A DNA stretch of 64,000 nucleotides from Eledone cirrhosa (GCA_964016885.1 OZ024742.1:59706001-59770000), one strand, 5' to 3'; shown: positions 39,147-52,615, counted from the first letter of the stretch. A program made the numbers and translations. The notes: generated by a model not told the origin, from the sequence alone.

Positions 39147-39178
<32 letters not shown>

Positions 39179-39209
39179 CTGGATGCCGTAGAACACACCA
39201 ATGGTATCC

Positions 39210-39340
39210 ACCAATATATACACGCCTCTGTGTTTTGCGGTCTACCAAATCTCCATTGCAATTGATAGAAAGAAACACTTGCCACACAGTGGGGCTGATC
39301 CAGAAGCCATGTGGTTGCGAACTCATTAACTACCCACATT
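39210..39340 (-). mobile_element. degenerate SINE (family 2)
   Basis: GGTCTACCAAATC..GAAACACTTGCC..CAGTGGGGCTGATCCAGAAGCCATGTGGTTG resembles 28870-28950. Confidence 0.65.
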
Positions 39341-39644
39341 TTTAATGATTTAGATCCTTCCAGTATGGGAAGATTTTCGGTTAAATTCTTTATCCGGTTA
39401 GAGAAGATGTTGCGAAACCAAAATACGAATTTTGAACAACATTACAAAGAATATAGATTATATATGATTTGAGAGGAAAAAACGGTGAATTCCTATCACC
39501 TATTTTCAATTAGATATGTAAAATTCCAGTACAAATGTAAATCTGCTGGAACAATTACATTGTTTTGATTCACGCCTAAAAGAAATAGCATTATTTTAAA
39601 TATCAAATTATTGGTTAATTGTCAAGTTCATGACAATGCTAGTA

Positions 39645-39780
39645 TAAATGCTTTGTGGTATTTATTTCGGTTCTTTATGCTCTGATTTCCGCACTGAGGT
39701 CAATTTTGTCGACACAAAAATCTAATCGTCATACCCCTTATCCAAATAGCCGATATTGTACCTAAATTATAAGCCACATT
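39645..39780 (+). mobile_element. degenerate SINE (family 1)
   Basis: AAATGCTTTGTGGTATTT..GTTCTTTATGCTCTGA..GAGGTCAATTTTG. Confidence 0.5.
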
Positions 39781-41312
39781 TTAATATATATGCTATGAAT
39801 TGAAATTGTATTTTCTTGACTGTACTCCCAGAATGACATTCTGACTCCTTCCATCTCCATTTCCATCGCATTAGTCCCACGCCTCGTTCTCTCCTTCGGT
39901 CCCAGGATTCGCTTCGCCGATATTTCTTTCCGCATTCTATCTTTCCGTTCTTCTTTTTCTTGTTACAAAGGCCCTATATACTTCTCTTTATTTCAGTATC
40001 ACCCGATTGTTCAAATATAACCATTTGATTTTCTTGAGTTGTATTTACATTTGAAAGATCATTAATTTTTTTTCTTTTGATAACTTTAATTTTCTTTCCA
40101 ACGACAGATAATATCAATTTTACTTGATACTATGTTGCAAGCATTTTCTCCTATGGCCCCATTTCCTAAAGTTGTGCTATTGAATGTTTATAGACTGTAA
40201 GGAATAGCGTTGTAGGGACCATTAGTATTATTGGATGGAATAGTTACTTCATCACCAATCCAGTTTACCATCAACATGTTCCCACTGTGGGTATTTTAGC
40301 AGTGATCGTGTCACAATTACACCGTAATCCTGTGAAAACGCCAAATTTATCTAATTTCAGTCACTAGATACCGAGGTAAAATAAACATATGGATTACATA
40401 CAGATTTTGAAAATAATGAATTTATGAAAATGCTCATATGCATATAGTGTAGAGCTTGACTGGCTGGTATTAACTAGTAATAGCAGTAAAGCAGCGGGAT
40501 TTGAAATAGAGGCATATATGAAATCACATTCAATATGTTTTTGTATAGCAAAATATATAATTCTCGCTGTGAATATATCAAACCATCATAATGTCACATT
40601 TACACTATTAACCTTGGAGGAACAAGTACTGGTCTTTCAGAAATTTGCCCGTTGCTGCTACCATTATCGTTACAACCGTCTTTCTACCTCTCTCTCTATT
40701 TTCTCTTTTTCTCCCACAAACACACTCTTACCACCCTCATTTTATAAAGACTTGTTACAGTGTAGAATTAAAGATATAACTGGACCTTACCACAACTACC
40801 ACCACATACATACTGTCACACACACACTTACCATTTCCTTTCCAGCACGACCGATATTTTACATGAAATATAATACAGCTTTAATATACTAGACAGATGT
40901 TTTTCTATCACACAAATTTACACACAGTTTCTAAACTTTCAAATATTGGAATTATTGATATGATAACTTACTACATCTTAATTTGATTATCAACCCAAGT
41001 TAAGTAATGAAATAACCTGAGATTTTTGTTAGAATAGAAAAATAATTACCTTCAATGAAAACTGCAAAGAATATCCGATATTATATATATGAAACCATTC
41101 AACCAAAACCCCAAACAAATAGAAATGAATTTATAATAAAAGATTGTGATGTAAAGCTAGTTCAAACATGTCTTTTACAATATATATCTGTATTAAAATA
41201 TCGTCAAAATTAAAATAACATTAATTTCACGCATCGAAGATTTAGACTTGCCTGATAATAAGATAAGTTTGAATAATCTTTACATTATGAATGATGTTTT
41301 ATGTTTGTATCG

Positions 41313-41372
<60 letters not shown>

Positions 41373-42690
41373 TGCATTATAGAGATAATGAAAAGATAAA
41401 ACTCACACCCAAGTAAAAACGAGCTACAGACACCAATACATTTTTTCTATTTGTATTATCATGGGCGGCCTCTAAATTTGGAGGTCATGATAAGTGTTTC
41501 CCAAGATTCATCGGAATACCGTCCTAGTTTTAGAGGATATATTTCATCATCCTCACCACATTATCAAAATTAATGAAGCGGCACTTTGTCGTACTGGTTA
41601 ACGCACTCGCCCGGCATTCGTCGATTCCTCGCACACGCTTCACTTCACTTTTTTCCCGATTCGATGTGTATATATTATACATTTCACAGTTTTCACAGTG
41701 ATTCTTCTGTTAACTTCTGTTTTATACCTCTAGTCACAGGCTTCAAATCTCAAATCTTATAAAAAAACATGGAGTTGGTGGCCAGTGAGGCTTTAGAGTA
41801 GTGGTAACGCACTCCTTTGTCGGTCCATTTTTTTCTTCGCTAGGGCTATTTTACCCGATATTCTCAGCTATTATTTATAGTGATCAGCTTTTTGTTATAT
41901 TTCTGTTAGGACACATATTTCTAAGTCTGAATTTATTTAAAAAAAATTGATATATTCAAGTATTTATTGAATAGATAATGGTTACAATTTTAAGAGCGTC
42001 TACTAATTTGCATAATGTGGCACTTTAATTAATTTCCTTTCAACAAGCCTCTATGGTTCCTTTTTTTCAGTATCTCTCTTGAAACCCAGTGTACCTGAAG
42101 GTAAGACAATGCTTACTTTGGGAATTAATGTTCTAGACTAGCAGAAAACCACCCGGTGGGCGGTTTTCTGCTAGCAATTCTAGTGTATATTGTTGAGATT
42201 TGGATGAGAAATGTTTTCGGCACCACATATTCACCGTCTCTCGGTGTGTCTTTTATGCATGTATAAATATATATGTTATCTATACGGTGAAATCTTTGAA
42301 ATAAATATATGTTAAAACGAAAAAGGAGAAAAAGAGATTAGTGACGGAAATATAAACGTTATGATACATAAACGTTATGATATAACGATGGAAATATATC
42401 TTCAAATGGTCCTTGGCATGGTGTCAAGTCAGAGCCGCCTCGAACTGGTTACTTCTGGCTTGTGCAAGGTGTCTCTATAGCAACCAGCGATTCCCTCGGC
42501 CTCAGTGACCAAAGTCAGTGGAGAGGGGAAGGTAATGTTTCTATAGCGACAGTGTTTCTCTTGGTAGTACCAAAGTGGAGAAAGGAAGGGGAAGGTAATA
42601 TTTCCTTAGCACCTACATTTGAGTTTTAGGGAAGGACAGACAGACATACAGACAGACAAACAGAGAAATGCCCATATATTTCTGTGTGTG

Positions 42691-42743
<53 letters not shown>

Positions 42744-42942
42744 CACACACAGAAATGTATATATATTTCTGTGTGTATATATATATATATATATATATTA
42801 CACACACAGAAATGTATATATATTTCTTAGAACAAAATTATTATTAATGTTTTGCTGTTCATAACAATTGGAATTGAAAAATTACTTTTGAAATTATTAA
42901 CTAATGCTTAGATATGTAAAAATGAAGCAATGTTTCTAATAA

Positions 42943-43131
42943 TTGTTTCTACTTTTGGCACAAGGCCAGCAATTACCCAGTACATTACTGGTACTTTATT
43001 TTATCGACCCCGTGAGGATGAAAGGCAAAGTTAACCTCGGCGGTATTTGAACTCAGACCGTAAAGGGACGTAACTCCATGCTATGAAGCATGGTGTCCGA
43101 CTCTCTACAGATTCTGCCAATCCACCGCCCT
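42943..43131 (-). mobile_element. tRNA-derived SINE, same subfamily as 14911-15297
   Basis: Close sequence match to both tandem copies. Confidence 0.88.
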
Positions 43132-43134
43132 AAT

Positions 43135-43957
43135 GTCTGTACGTAATGAGGGAGTGAGAGGGGAGAGAAAGAAAGGCAGAGGTGAAGTGACGAAGTGACT
43201 CACTCCTCCTCCTCCATCTCCCCATTCGTCACAGCGATAGAGGGGAGGAATGTTAGTGTGTTATAAAGAGAAAGAGTGAGAGTGAGAGAAACAGACAGAC
43301 TAAAAGAGAGGGATAGCTGGAGAGAGAGATAGCAACCACGCGCGCACGTGTTTCCACTGTTGGACAGACAGACAGAGAAATTGCTGGTTATATATTATAA
43401 GGAGATTTGGACGCGAGAGTAGAGATAAGTTATAAATGTTAGTATATGGTGAATGAGTTATCTTCCTTTTGTTTACATTGTCCGTAAACATTTCTTTTCT
43501 TTTTGAGTAGCTTGCTAAAATATATTAAATATGAAATATGTTGATTAATAATATATCGACTATCATTAAAAGGAAACTATATATCAAAATAAGTAAATAC
43601 AGAAGTAAATATAACCTTTCATTAAATTAATGAAATAACATTTTTTAGAGTAAATATAACTACAGTTTATCTGTACGTAATGAGGGGGTGAGAGGGGAGA
43701 GAAAGAAAGGCAGAGGTGAAGTGACGAAGTGACTCTCTCCTCCTCCTCCTCCATCTCCCCATTCGTCACAGCGATAGAGGAGAGGAATGTTAGTGTGTTA
43801 CAAAGAGAAAGAGTGAGAGTGAGAGAAACAGACAGACTAAAAGAGAGGGATAGCTGGGGAGAGAGAGAGAGAGAGAGAGATAGAAACCACGCGCGCACGT
43901 GTTTCCATTGTCGGACAGACAGGCAGAGAAATTGCTGGTTATATATTATAAGGAGAT
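43135..43957 (-). mobile_element. two direct copies (43135-43406, 43668-43957) of a Helitron-like 5' segment
   Basis: Near-identical about 280-bp repeats; minus strand begins A|TCTCCTTATAATATATAACC followed by (CTGT)n. Confidence 0.55.
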
Positions 43958-44514
43958 AATATAAAGATATTCAATAGTGGTTCCTGCACTTTTCACTTCC
44001 ACGGGTCCCAGTCACTTAAATGAATTTTCACAGGGACTCCAAATTTTATAAAGGTCTGTTTACTAAAAAAATTCACGAGCTCTTAGTAATTTCCCATTAT
44101 TTCAGATTTAATATAATCAAAGTTTCAGAATTTGTTCTATGACACATTTTAGGTTCTGAGACTGGAAAGAGATAGTAGGGAAGATATTCTGTTCAGCTAT
44201 GGAAGGTTTCAACAAAGTGGATTTTATTTAAATTTCTCAATGTGAATCGGTGTTTATTTTTTTGCTCACCTCAAGCAAGGCAATAAACCCACTAAAATGC
44301 AAGTGAGAAGAAAAAATACATATCAGAGAGACCATAATGGAAGCGGAGAGAAGATGACGATTGATGTTACATTTGATTTTTTGCAGATTGTAGTTAAATT
44401 GCCCGACTGATTAAGTCTACTGCCCATATAAGCAACAGCCGGATTTAAATTCAGAAGACAATATGGTCACACCATATACTTCAAATCACTAACAATTCAA
44501 ACAATCCACTGCCC

Positions 44515-44645
44515 TGGACTGATACCATAGTTTATCGACCCCTAAAAGATGCAAGTAAAGTTGACTTCTGAGGCATTTTAACTCAGAATACAGACAAACG
44601 GAACAAATACCGCAAGACATATTGATTTACGTGCTAGCGACATTA
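44515..44645 (-). mobile_element. degenerate SINE (family 1)
   Basis: TTTATCGACCCC..AAAGTTGACTTCTGAGGCATTTTAACTCAGAA..AATACCGCAAG. Confidence 0.6.
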
Positions 44646-46645
44646 ACCGTCTAATGTTTGCTCCTGAGCATTCATAAAAACGTAATGTGGTGAATTACAC
44701 ATGCAATTTTGTATTCCATTTGGTAATTGCTTCCTCCGCTACTCTAAAACAACGAGGTTATCTCTATGTGGTCGCGTGTGGGTGAGATAATTTTTCAGTT
44801 AAATATCCCTAATATCACACTCTACTGTTAATTTCTTAAATTTTAATACAACCCGTCAGTGAGATATTTTTATTGTAAGATATGGCTCAATGCATGTTAT
44901 AATTAACACATCATATAACTACAGGAAAAGGACTGGATTGTACAAGAGCGGAAGAAATGTTTAATTTCCGCCATTAAAAGAATCAATAAGTATAATTAAT
45001 ATGATTTTTAATAGAATACTATTTCAAAATGGCAAAACTATACTTTCCGTGATAGAAATCGATCTTTACATGTTCAGTAACTAAATCTATTGGTTGTCTT
45101 TCTAGAATATATTAATTTAATTTGTCAATATTTGAATAACGAACAGTTAGTAATTACATTGGTGTGAAACGAAACAGAATGAAGATAAAGGAATTCTATA
45201 GAGAATAACATGATATCGTTGAAGGAAGTGATTATGTAGCAGACATATCTCATGCAAGTAGAATATAATAGTTCTTAGAAAGCATATTGTTCGATTGTGA
45301 AGGCACAGCCTGGCGGTAGTGGTGGTTGTTGTTTTGGTGAAAGGTAGGGATTGCTCATGATTGTAAAGTCGCGGGTATGATTCACAGATCGGTAGGCGCA
45401 GTTGTGGCCATGTGTAAGGCTAGATATTTCTTCGTTGCTCCAGTCTACATAAAAGCGAGTACTAGTTGAAGCTGGTTGGTTAGCTCTGTGGTATATTGAT
45501 ACAGGTTCATAGAATGTCTCGCAATATCAATCAGTATAGGCCGCATGAGACCGGGATCAGTTGAAATCTGATGTGATTCTAGGGTTCAGGTAAATTTTAT
45601 ATCGCCTGGTGAAACTGAAAAGATATTAAAAATAAATAATTAATACAAAGTTAAATGAATAAATATCGTTGCTCCTGATTGAGACGAAGCGAGAATATAT
45701 ATGAATTCATAGAAAAATGAGAAACACATCTATAGAACAGCTATTAAATCAGTGTAACATTTTAAAATGCAGGATCATACAACAGAAAAATAAATGTTTG
45801 TACATCCGGACAAAGAGAAAGGCCTAAAATGCCACTAGAAATAGCAGTCGATACAGACTGTAAATCAATTCACGCGTTAATGAGCAGTATTTATTATTGT
45901 ACATCATTAAATTTGTCTCGAATATAATATCTCAATGAAAAAGAATCGCTAACAAAATCATATTCAGAGACGCAATATCTTATACAAAATTACTGAAAGG
46001 TAGATCTGAGTAAAGTACTCTAAAAAGAACACTTCCCAAGCATCTTTCTCTTGGGATATATTCACAGTTGAATAATCTAAAATTGGAAGACTGACTAAAA
46101 TTTCCTGACTGCAGTTTCAAAGTTGAAGAAAAAATGACTATTCCAATAGATTTATACGGCTATTATTAATAGTAGAATGTTTCTGTAAGGTATAAGAAAA
46201 AATAAAAATATCCGTTGGGAGAAAGTGTGTCCATCTCTTATCGGACCAGCATTGTGCAATAAAAAATAAAATAAATAATATTGGAAACATGCATGGATCT
46301 ACCACGAGGTACATATCTATAGATACAAAGTGACAGGCCTAAAATGTCACTAGAAATAGAAGTCAATACAGGCTATCACTCAGCTCACCATTGAAGGAGA
46401 AGTATTTATACATAATTAAATTTGTCACGAATATACATAACTTCTCAATGAAAAAAAGATCGCTAAAAACATCTCCTTCTGATGAGAAAATCTTATACAA
46501 AATGATTGAAGGGTAGATTTTAGTCAGGCTTCCTCTTTTTATGTTGCTTAACTGTGAATATGTCCTTAGTGAAATATTCTTGTGAAGTGTTCTTTTTAGA
46601 GTACTTTATTGGGATCTATCCTTCAGTGATTTTGTATAAGATGTT

Positions 46646-46697
<52 letters not shown>

Positions 46698-47799
46698 ACG
46701 TATATATATATGAATATATATATACCCATAACACTGGGGAGCTATCACACGCGGTAACATGTAATAACACTCCTAAATAGCTAAACATATCGATTTGTTT
46801 TCACCGAAATTTATTAAATGGAAGTACATACAGATAAGATAATGGTGTATAATTAGCGAAGAGACATTACCTATGAAAGGCGGTGATTTTAAAAATCTAA
46901 GGAATGTTTAGTGAACTTCAGATTACTCCGAATATATGGCGTCAATCGGTGAAGAACCCATACAGTTTGGATGTATAGAGACGAAGTTACTAATTTTTAG
47001 CAATAGACGTGGTATGGGAAAATCTAAGACATCGACGAAGTTGAAGACATCTATTAAAAGTTGTCAGCAAACAATATTTGTGTGAGTGTTTTGCGTATGC
47101 GTGTATGTATAGCTGTGAGTGCCTAGCTGCCTAACTATCTATCTACCTATCCGTCTATTTATCTGTCTGTTTATCTTTCTATTTACCTATCTAATTATAG
47201 ATATCTATTTAAATAAAGAAAGATATCTATAACGATCTATTTTGGGGGAAGCACAACAAAGCAAGTATCACATTGACAGTCCGTAGTTAGCCAGATATAT
47301 ACGCAGAAAAAAAGTCATTGGAATTTAAAGGATATATGTTTGATATGGATAACAAGAACTACGAAACAAAATTAATGAATTTAATGAAAACGAATGTAAA
47401 ATGAAATACGTCGATATGTCAATTTTACTGCAAGCTTATAAATAATAATTCCTTCCATATTGTAACTAAATAGCGCAATGCTCTAACGACTCTGCCAATC
47501 CCCCATGTTACTAATTCTTTCTAGCTTTGTCACATGACCAGCAATTTGAAGAAAGGGAAATGTGGATTTCATTGCCCCCAGTACTAATGTGTTACGCCAT
47601 TGTATGCAATGTTTATTTTGGCGAAATATGAAATCAGAACGTAGAAGCTTGTACCTACACACTGAAAAGCATTCTGTCTGATGTTTTAATGATTCTGGCA
47701 AACCACCACCCTCACCACCCTAATAAAAATAACAATATTAATGGCAATTATGATCATAATGTTTTCCTTATAATTGTAGTGCTTTTCCTTATAATTGTA

Positions 47800-47985
47800 G
47801 ACATTTGCTTCGCGATACGGGTTCGATCCGGGATCGATCTAATTACGTGACATCTTGGGAAAGTGTGATTTAGAAAAGCCTCGGAGCAAGCTAAGACTTG
47901 TAGGTGAAATTGGACAGACGGAAACTGTGTTGAAAACTATTGGATACGTTGTGCTTGTAATTCAAATATCCAGAATTGTCACACA
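47800..47985 (+). mobile_element. degenerate SINE (family 2)
   Basis: GGGTTCGATCC B box, CATCTTGGGAAAGTGT, GTGAAATTGGACAGACGGAAACTG. Confidence 0.6.
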
Positions 47986-49280
47986 TTGTCATGCTGAATG
48001 GACCCATGAAGTAGATTATAGTTACATATGCTATCTACTGACATCGTAATATATGATGGACAGTGCCATTATTTCAAAAGATCGCTTTGTCACGCTGAAT
48101 CGACCATGGAATCATGTCGAAATTACCTGTTTGTGAAATTCTCGTCCACATGTCCATTATTTCACTAGCAGGCTGTTCCATTGAACGATCCGAACAGCTG
48201 TAACTGTCATTGTCGAAACCGACTGAAGTCCATTCTGTACCAGTGACTGTTATTAGATATTTCTCCGAAAACAATGCGCACAACTGATTTCCACTATCGC
48301 ACTGTATCTTAAATAAGTAGATTTCGTTTTATAGAATACTTATTTCTTTTCATGTTCAGTACCTCTGTTTTAAATTATCGGATGTTTGACAATCCAAGCA
48401 GAAAAATACATTTTCAGTATCATGCACACTAGCGCAGCTTTGTCAGGGTAATCGGCTTAAGCACTACACTATTGCTTCTTCATTCTGCACAACTGTCAAG
48501 ATTTCCTTCTGACCTCTGCTCATTGCTTAGAAGCCGTATTTTAATTCGATGAATGCTAAATCTAGCCGTGTTGTTTAGTCACGGGAAAACATTTTCGTCT
48601 GTGAAAGACATTAACACTTTCGACTAACAAATCTGATTGACGGACAACAGAAAAAGATAAGAAACAAAGTGAAGATTTAAGTATGTGTGGCTAGTAGGCA
48701 GTAAAATAGTGGCACTGTTTCGAATACATATTAAATTAATAATGATTTGTTTATGAAACGGAGGGTATTACTTGCAAATCTTTAAAACAATAGCGAATAA
48801 CGAGAACTAAAATAAGAAAATGGTGGTAAAAGCAGCCGCTAGAATTCGGGGAGAAATTGATTTTTGTTTAAATTTGTGTTCGTATATTTTCAAATAATCT
48901 GACCTCCCTCTCACTCGTAATAGAAATTTTTCACGAAAACGTAGGGATTATTGGGGTGAGGGGGATTATTCGGCGTTTCACTCACCGGGAATTTGTTTCT
49001 ATGCTATATTTTTCCGTGTGTTTTCAACAAATCTGATCTCCAAAACATTCGGAAAGTAACGATGAAATAGGCGTAAGATTGTGTACAATGTATATGTATA
49101 TTTGGTTATCTCTCGACATTAGTTTGCCGAATATTCACGCACAAATATATATATATATATATATTAGAAAGTGAGGTTTTTTTAACAAAATGAAAAATAA
49201 CCGAGGTGTCCTACACGAGTGAAAGTATAAAGAAAAAAAGATGAAATCGAAAATGCAACTGGAGTGTTATTTAAAAAAAA

Positions 49281-49500
49281 AATATATATATTTATTTGGT
49301 TCCTTTACCGGTTTCGCAGTTCTTCTGCTTTTCAAAAGTAGAGTTGAGATGGAGGGTCTGTGGTTTTTCTCACATCTCATTTATATATATATATATATAA
49401 ATGAGATGTGAGAATAACCACACACCCTCCATCTCAACTCTACTTTTGAAAAGCAGAAGAACTGCGAAACCGGTCAAGGACCCAAATAAATATATATATT
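49281..49500. repeat. 220-bp near-perfect palindrome with two divergent hammerhead motifs
   Basis: Arms symmetric about a central (TA)n; plus 49441-49480 and minus 49301-49340 read CTT-TTGAAAA-GCAG-AAGAA-CTGC-GAAA-CCGG-T(C/A)-AAG. Confidence 0.85.
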
Positions 49501-49629
<129 letters not shown>

Positions 49630-49777
49630 GAGAGGGAGAAATAGAGGGAGATTTGGATTTACATTCGTGAGGTTGTGTGTTCAACTCCCGCACCAGACGA
49701 TTCGAATATGTTGCGATGTCACCGAACAAGGATTATTGAAACAAAGAAACAAACACACACACACACACACACACACT

Positions 49778-49813
<36 letters not shown>

Positions 49814-50179
49814 CATATAATTATTTTATAGGAAGAAATCAAAATATACAAAGTAAGAAGAATAAAATTAGATTTTAACAACTGATAGAAAATCAAATCC
49901 GGTATGCAAGGATGTATTTTATATAAACAAATACGTACGAAAGCGTAAAACCATAAAGATTATAGCGATAAATGATCTAAAAGTCACTTCAAAAAACCTT
50001 TTCAAACATATAACTGTTGAAGTCAATGAAAGGTAGACGTACTGTATTATAAAACTGGAAATTTAAAATAAAAAACGAGCAAAAGACTTAAATTCTCAGC
50101 ACACAAACATACGTAGATCATTTTATCATGCCTCCCTTTAATAGCTGAAATAAGTTACAATGGAAATGTAAAGTTCGTT

Positions 50180-50535
50180 CTCCCCGTCCTTCTGCTAATA
50201 TAGGCGGCGACCATTCGTTTCTTCCGTCCTTCTGCTAGGTGCATTACTGCGCTTGCATTGGCGGTGAGCATTTGGTCCTCGCGTTTTTATGCTTGGCGTA
50301 GCATTGCGCTTGCATTGGTGGTGATCATCCCTTCCTCCCGTCTTTCTGGTAGGCGAAGCACTGCGCTTACATTTGCGCGGCCGTCCTTACGCCTTCTCTT
50401 TCTGCTAAGCACAGCACTGCGCTAATCTTGGCGGTGATCTTTCCTTCCTCCCGTCTTTCTGCTAAGCGAAACACAGCACTTACATTGGCGTGGTCTTCCT
50501 TTCTTCCTGACTCTCTGCTAAGCGCAGCACTGGGG
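50180..50535. repeat. degenerate 56-57-bp tandem repeat (about 6 units)
   Basis: CT(A/T)(A/G)GC..GCACTGCGCTT.CATTGGCG motif at 50235, 50292, 50349, 50405, 50462 and 50518. Confidence 0.8.
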
Positions 50536-50622
50536 CTAGTGCTGCACTTGTATGACGTGGAGAAGACGGGGTCACCGCCGAGAAACAATGCATCCACACT
50601 AACATCATGCAAGCAAAAGTAG

Positions 50623-52615
50623 TGTCATGGAAAATGTATAAATGTATGACCTCCCTTGACATGGTAGATATCATGCGCATTGGCAGTCATGATGGATGCC
50701 ATTTTGTTTTTGTGATGTTTTTATCGCTGATTTCAGACTTGTTTTAGAATAAGATTGGAAAATAGTTTCTTTCAACCAGTAATTCATATCAATTATAGGA
50801 ACTATCAAGGACTCACCTTGCAAATATATTTGAAACCAAATAGATTTAATACCGCCCCAAATACCACAGATGGAGATAAATCTTTCAATCATTGGCTGAG
50901 GACATTCACCAACTTTATAGACTTATTACCAAGTGACGAAGGTAGACCTGTCAATAAACTTAACTTATTGATCAATTATGTGGAACCTAATGTCTACAAA
51001 TTCTTCAGTGAAGTTCATAATTATGAGCAAGCTGTACACAATCTAAGAAATGTGTACATTAAGCCCCCCCCCCCCCAAAAAAAAACCTCATGCTGGCACT
51101 GTAACTTTTGGCTAGAAGAAGGCAGAAACCAGAGGAAACTGTTGCCCAATTCGTAAACGAACTCAAGACACTGACCAATGGGTTGTAAATTTGTTTCTGT
51201 GAATGCTGAACAATACCGATCTGAAATGACTCGTGATGCATTCATAAATGGACTCAATTCAAATCAAATAAGACAGAGACTGTTAGAAAAGATTTTAGAC
51301 TTCAATTCTGCATACAATCAAGCATGTTTGCTAGACATTCTAGTGTCATTTCGAACGCTGAAGTTGTAAATTTTAGTCCAACTGCATCCATGGTAGTCAA
51401 GCCTGTTGAATCGCCAATACTCGCAAAGGAATATTCTGTTGCAATCCAGATGACAACACAGATCCTCAATTCTGATTCTGGGGAAATGATTAACACCTGC
51501 GTAATAATTGCCCTGTCATAAATGCAAGTAAATAGGACATTTTAAAAGACTTTATTGATCAAGCACAGCAGCTGTGATACCTCAAGATGACAATGATTAC
51601 TTATGTTTAGCAGTATCATCATTAGCAGGTTCTCTTTTCTTTGTAACCCCACGATAATATTGAATGATACTTACAAAGCCGATGCATTTATTGACAGGGT
51701 AGTACTGACATCAGTTTTATTAATGATGAACTAGTCAATGTACTCAGCCTCAAAACAATCCCATTGAAGAATTTCATTGGTATGGCTTCCCCATCTCCCT
51801 GCCAAATCCAACGGGTACTGCATCGTAACACTAAACTTTGGCAATCAACCATAACGGGAAACTGTACATGTTCTAAAGCTTATGCACTCACGTAATTTTT
51901 GGACTTCCAAGGACAGCATGAAAGTATTACCATTCAAATCGGTGGAGAGAAAACACCATTAACATTTAAGGCATTAACACTATCAAAACTGATACCCAGA
52001 ACTATTTGCACATTTCAGCAAGGACTGTAAACCTATTGAAATCAAATCTTGAAAATACTCAGAACGTGATAGAAAGTACTTCATCAATTCAGAAATACGC
52101 CACCTAGCAGATGATTACATTATTTAACAAAACGAAGAATGGTGGTAGAATATTTAGAGACAATTAATATATATTTCGGCTTCCAAAATAATATATATAC
52201 CCCTTCCAAAAACCGATGTGTTGGTAAATACTATTGCCAACTATAAAGTCTACAGTACTACAGATTTACGTTCAGCATAACATCAAATTCCTTTATCCAC
52301 AAAAGATCGTCAATTCACCGCCTTTTAAGTTCCCAGTAAATTATCGCAGTATACTAGAATGAGATTCGGGGTAACTAACGGCAGTGCGTGTTTCGAAAGT
52401 AAGATGGATAACTATGTAAATATGAACTACAAGATTTGTTTCCATTCATAGACAATGGCATCTGTGGAAAAGATGAAAAATACCACGATGAACATAAAAA
52501 AAATTGAACTTGCAGAAAAAGGATAGGGACTCAACATAAGTGAAGAGAAATGCGTTTACTCGACATCAACAGATTTCCCTGGATACTGTATCTCACACAA
52601 TACCCTCAGTCCTGC
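50623..52615 (+). mobile_element. decayed Ty3/Gypsy LTR retrotransposon (gag, protease, RT), 3'-interrupted
   Basis: gag-like LKPNRF..FNHWLRTF..KLNLLIN, RDAFINGL..IRQRLLE; protease-like AFID..STDISFI at about 51685; RT DLRSA*HQIPL..TAF..RMRFGVTN at about 52260-52380; possible LTR start TGTCATG at 50623 (uncertain). Confidence 0.82.

Larger units (their letters stand above)
35329..39154. repeat. 311-bp tandem array with one hammerhead ribozyme per unit (retrozyme-like), with internal inversion
   Basis: GGAATAAATG recurs at 35331, 35642, 35953 ... 38130 (period 311); about 9.5 units to 38272, then about 2.8 inverted units 38273-39154; (TA)n on both sides. Confidence 0.95.

Noticed and set aside
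35329-39154. CRISPR array or coding repeat
   Set aside because: Units are contiguous with no unique spacers, there are no cas genes, and the ORF track shows no ORF within the array.
39830-40330. Possible very old LINE fragments on the minus strand
   Set aside because: Too decayed to support with a clear motif.
46474-46515. CTGATGA motif as another hammerhead
   Set aside because: No properly placed GAAA, stem III or cleavage triplet, and the duplicate copy near 45960 lacks the motif.
48074-48283. 69-aa minus-strand ORF as a possible host exon
   Set aside because: No recognisable domain and no supporting neighbouring exons; needs RNA-seq or homology.
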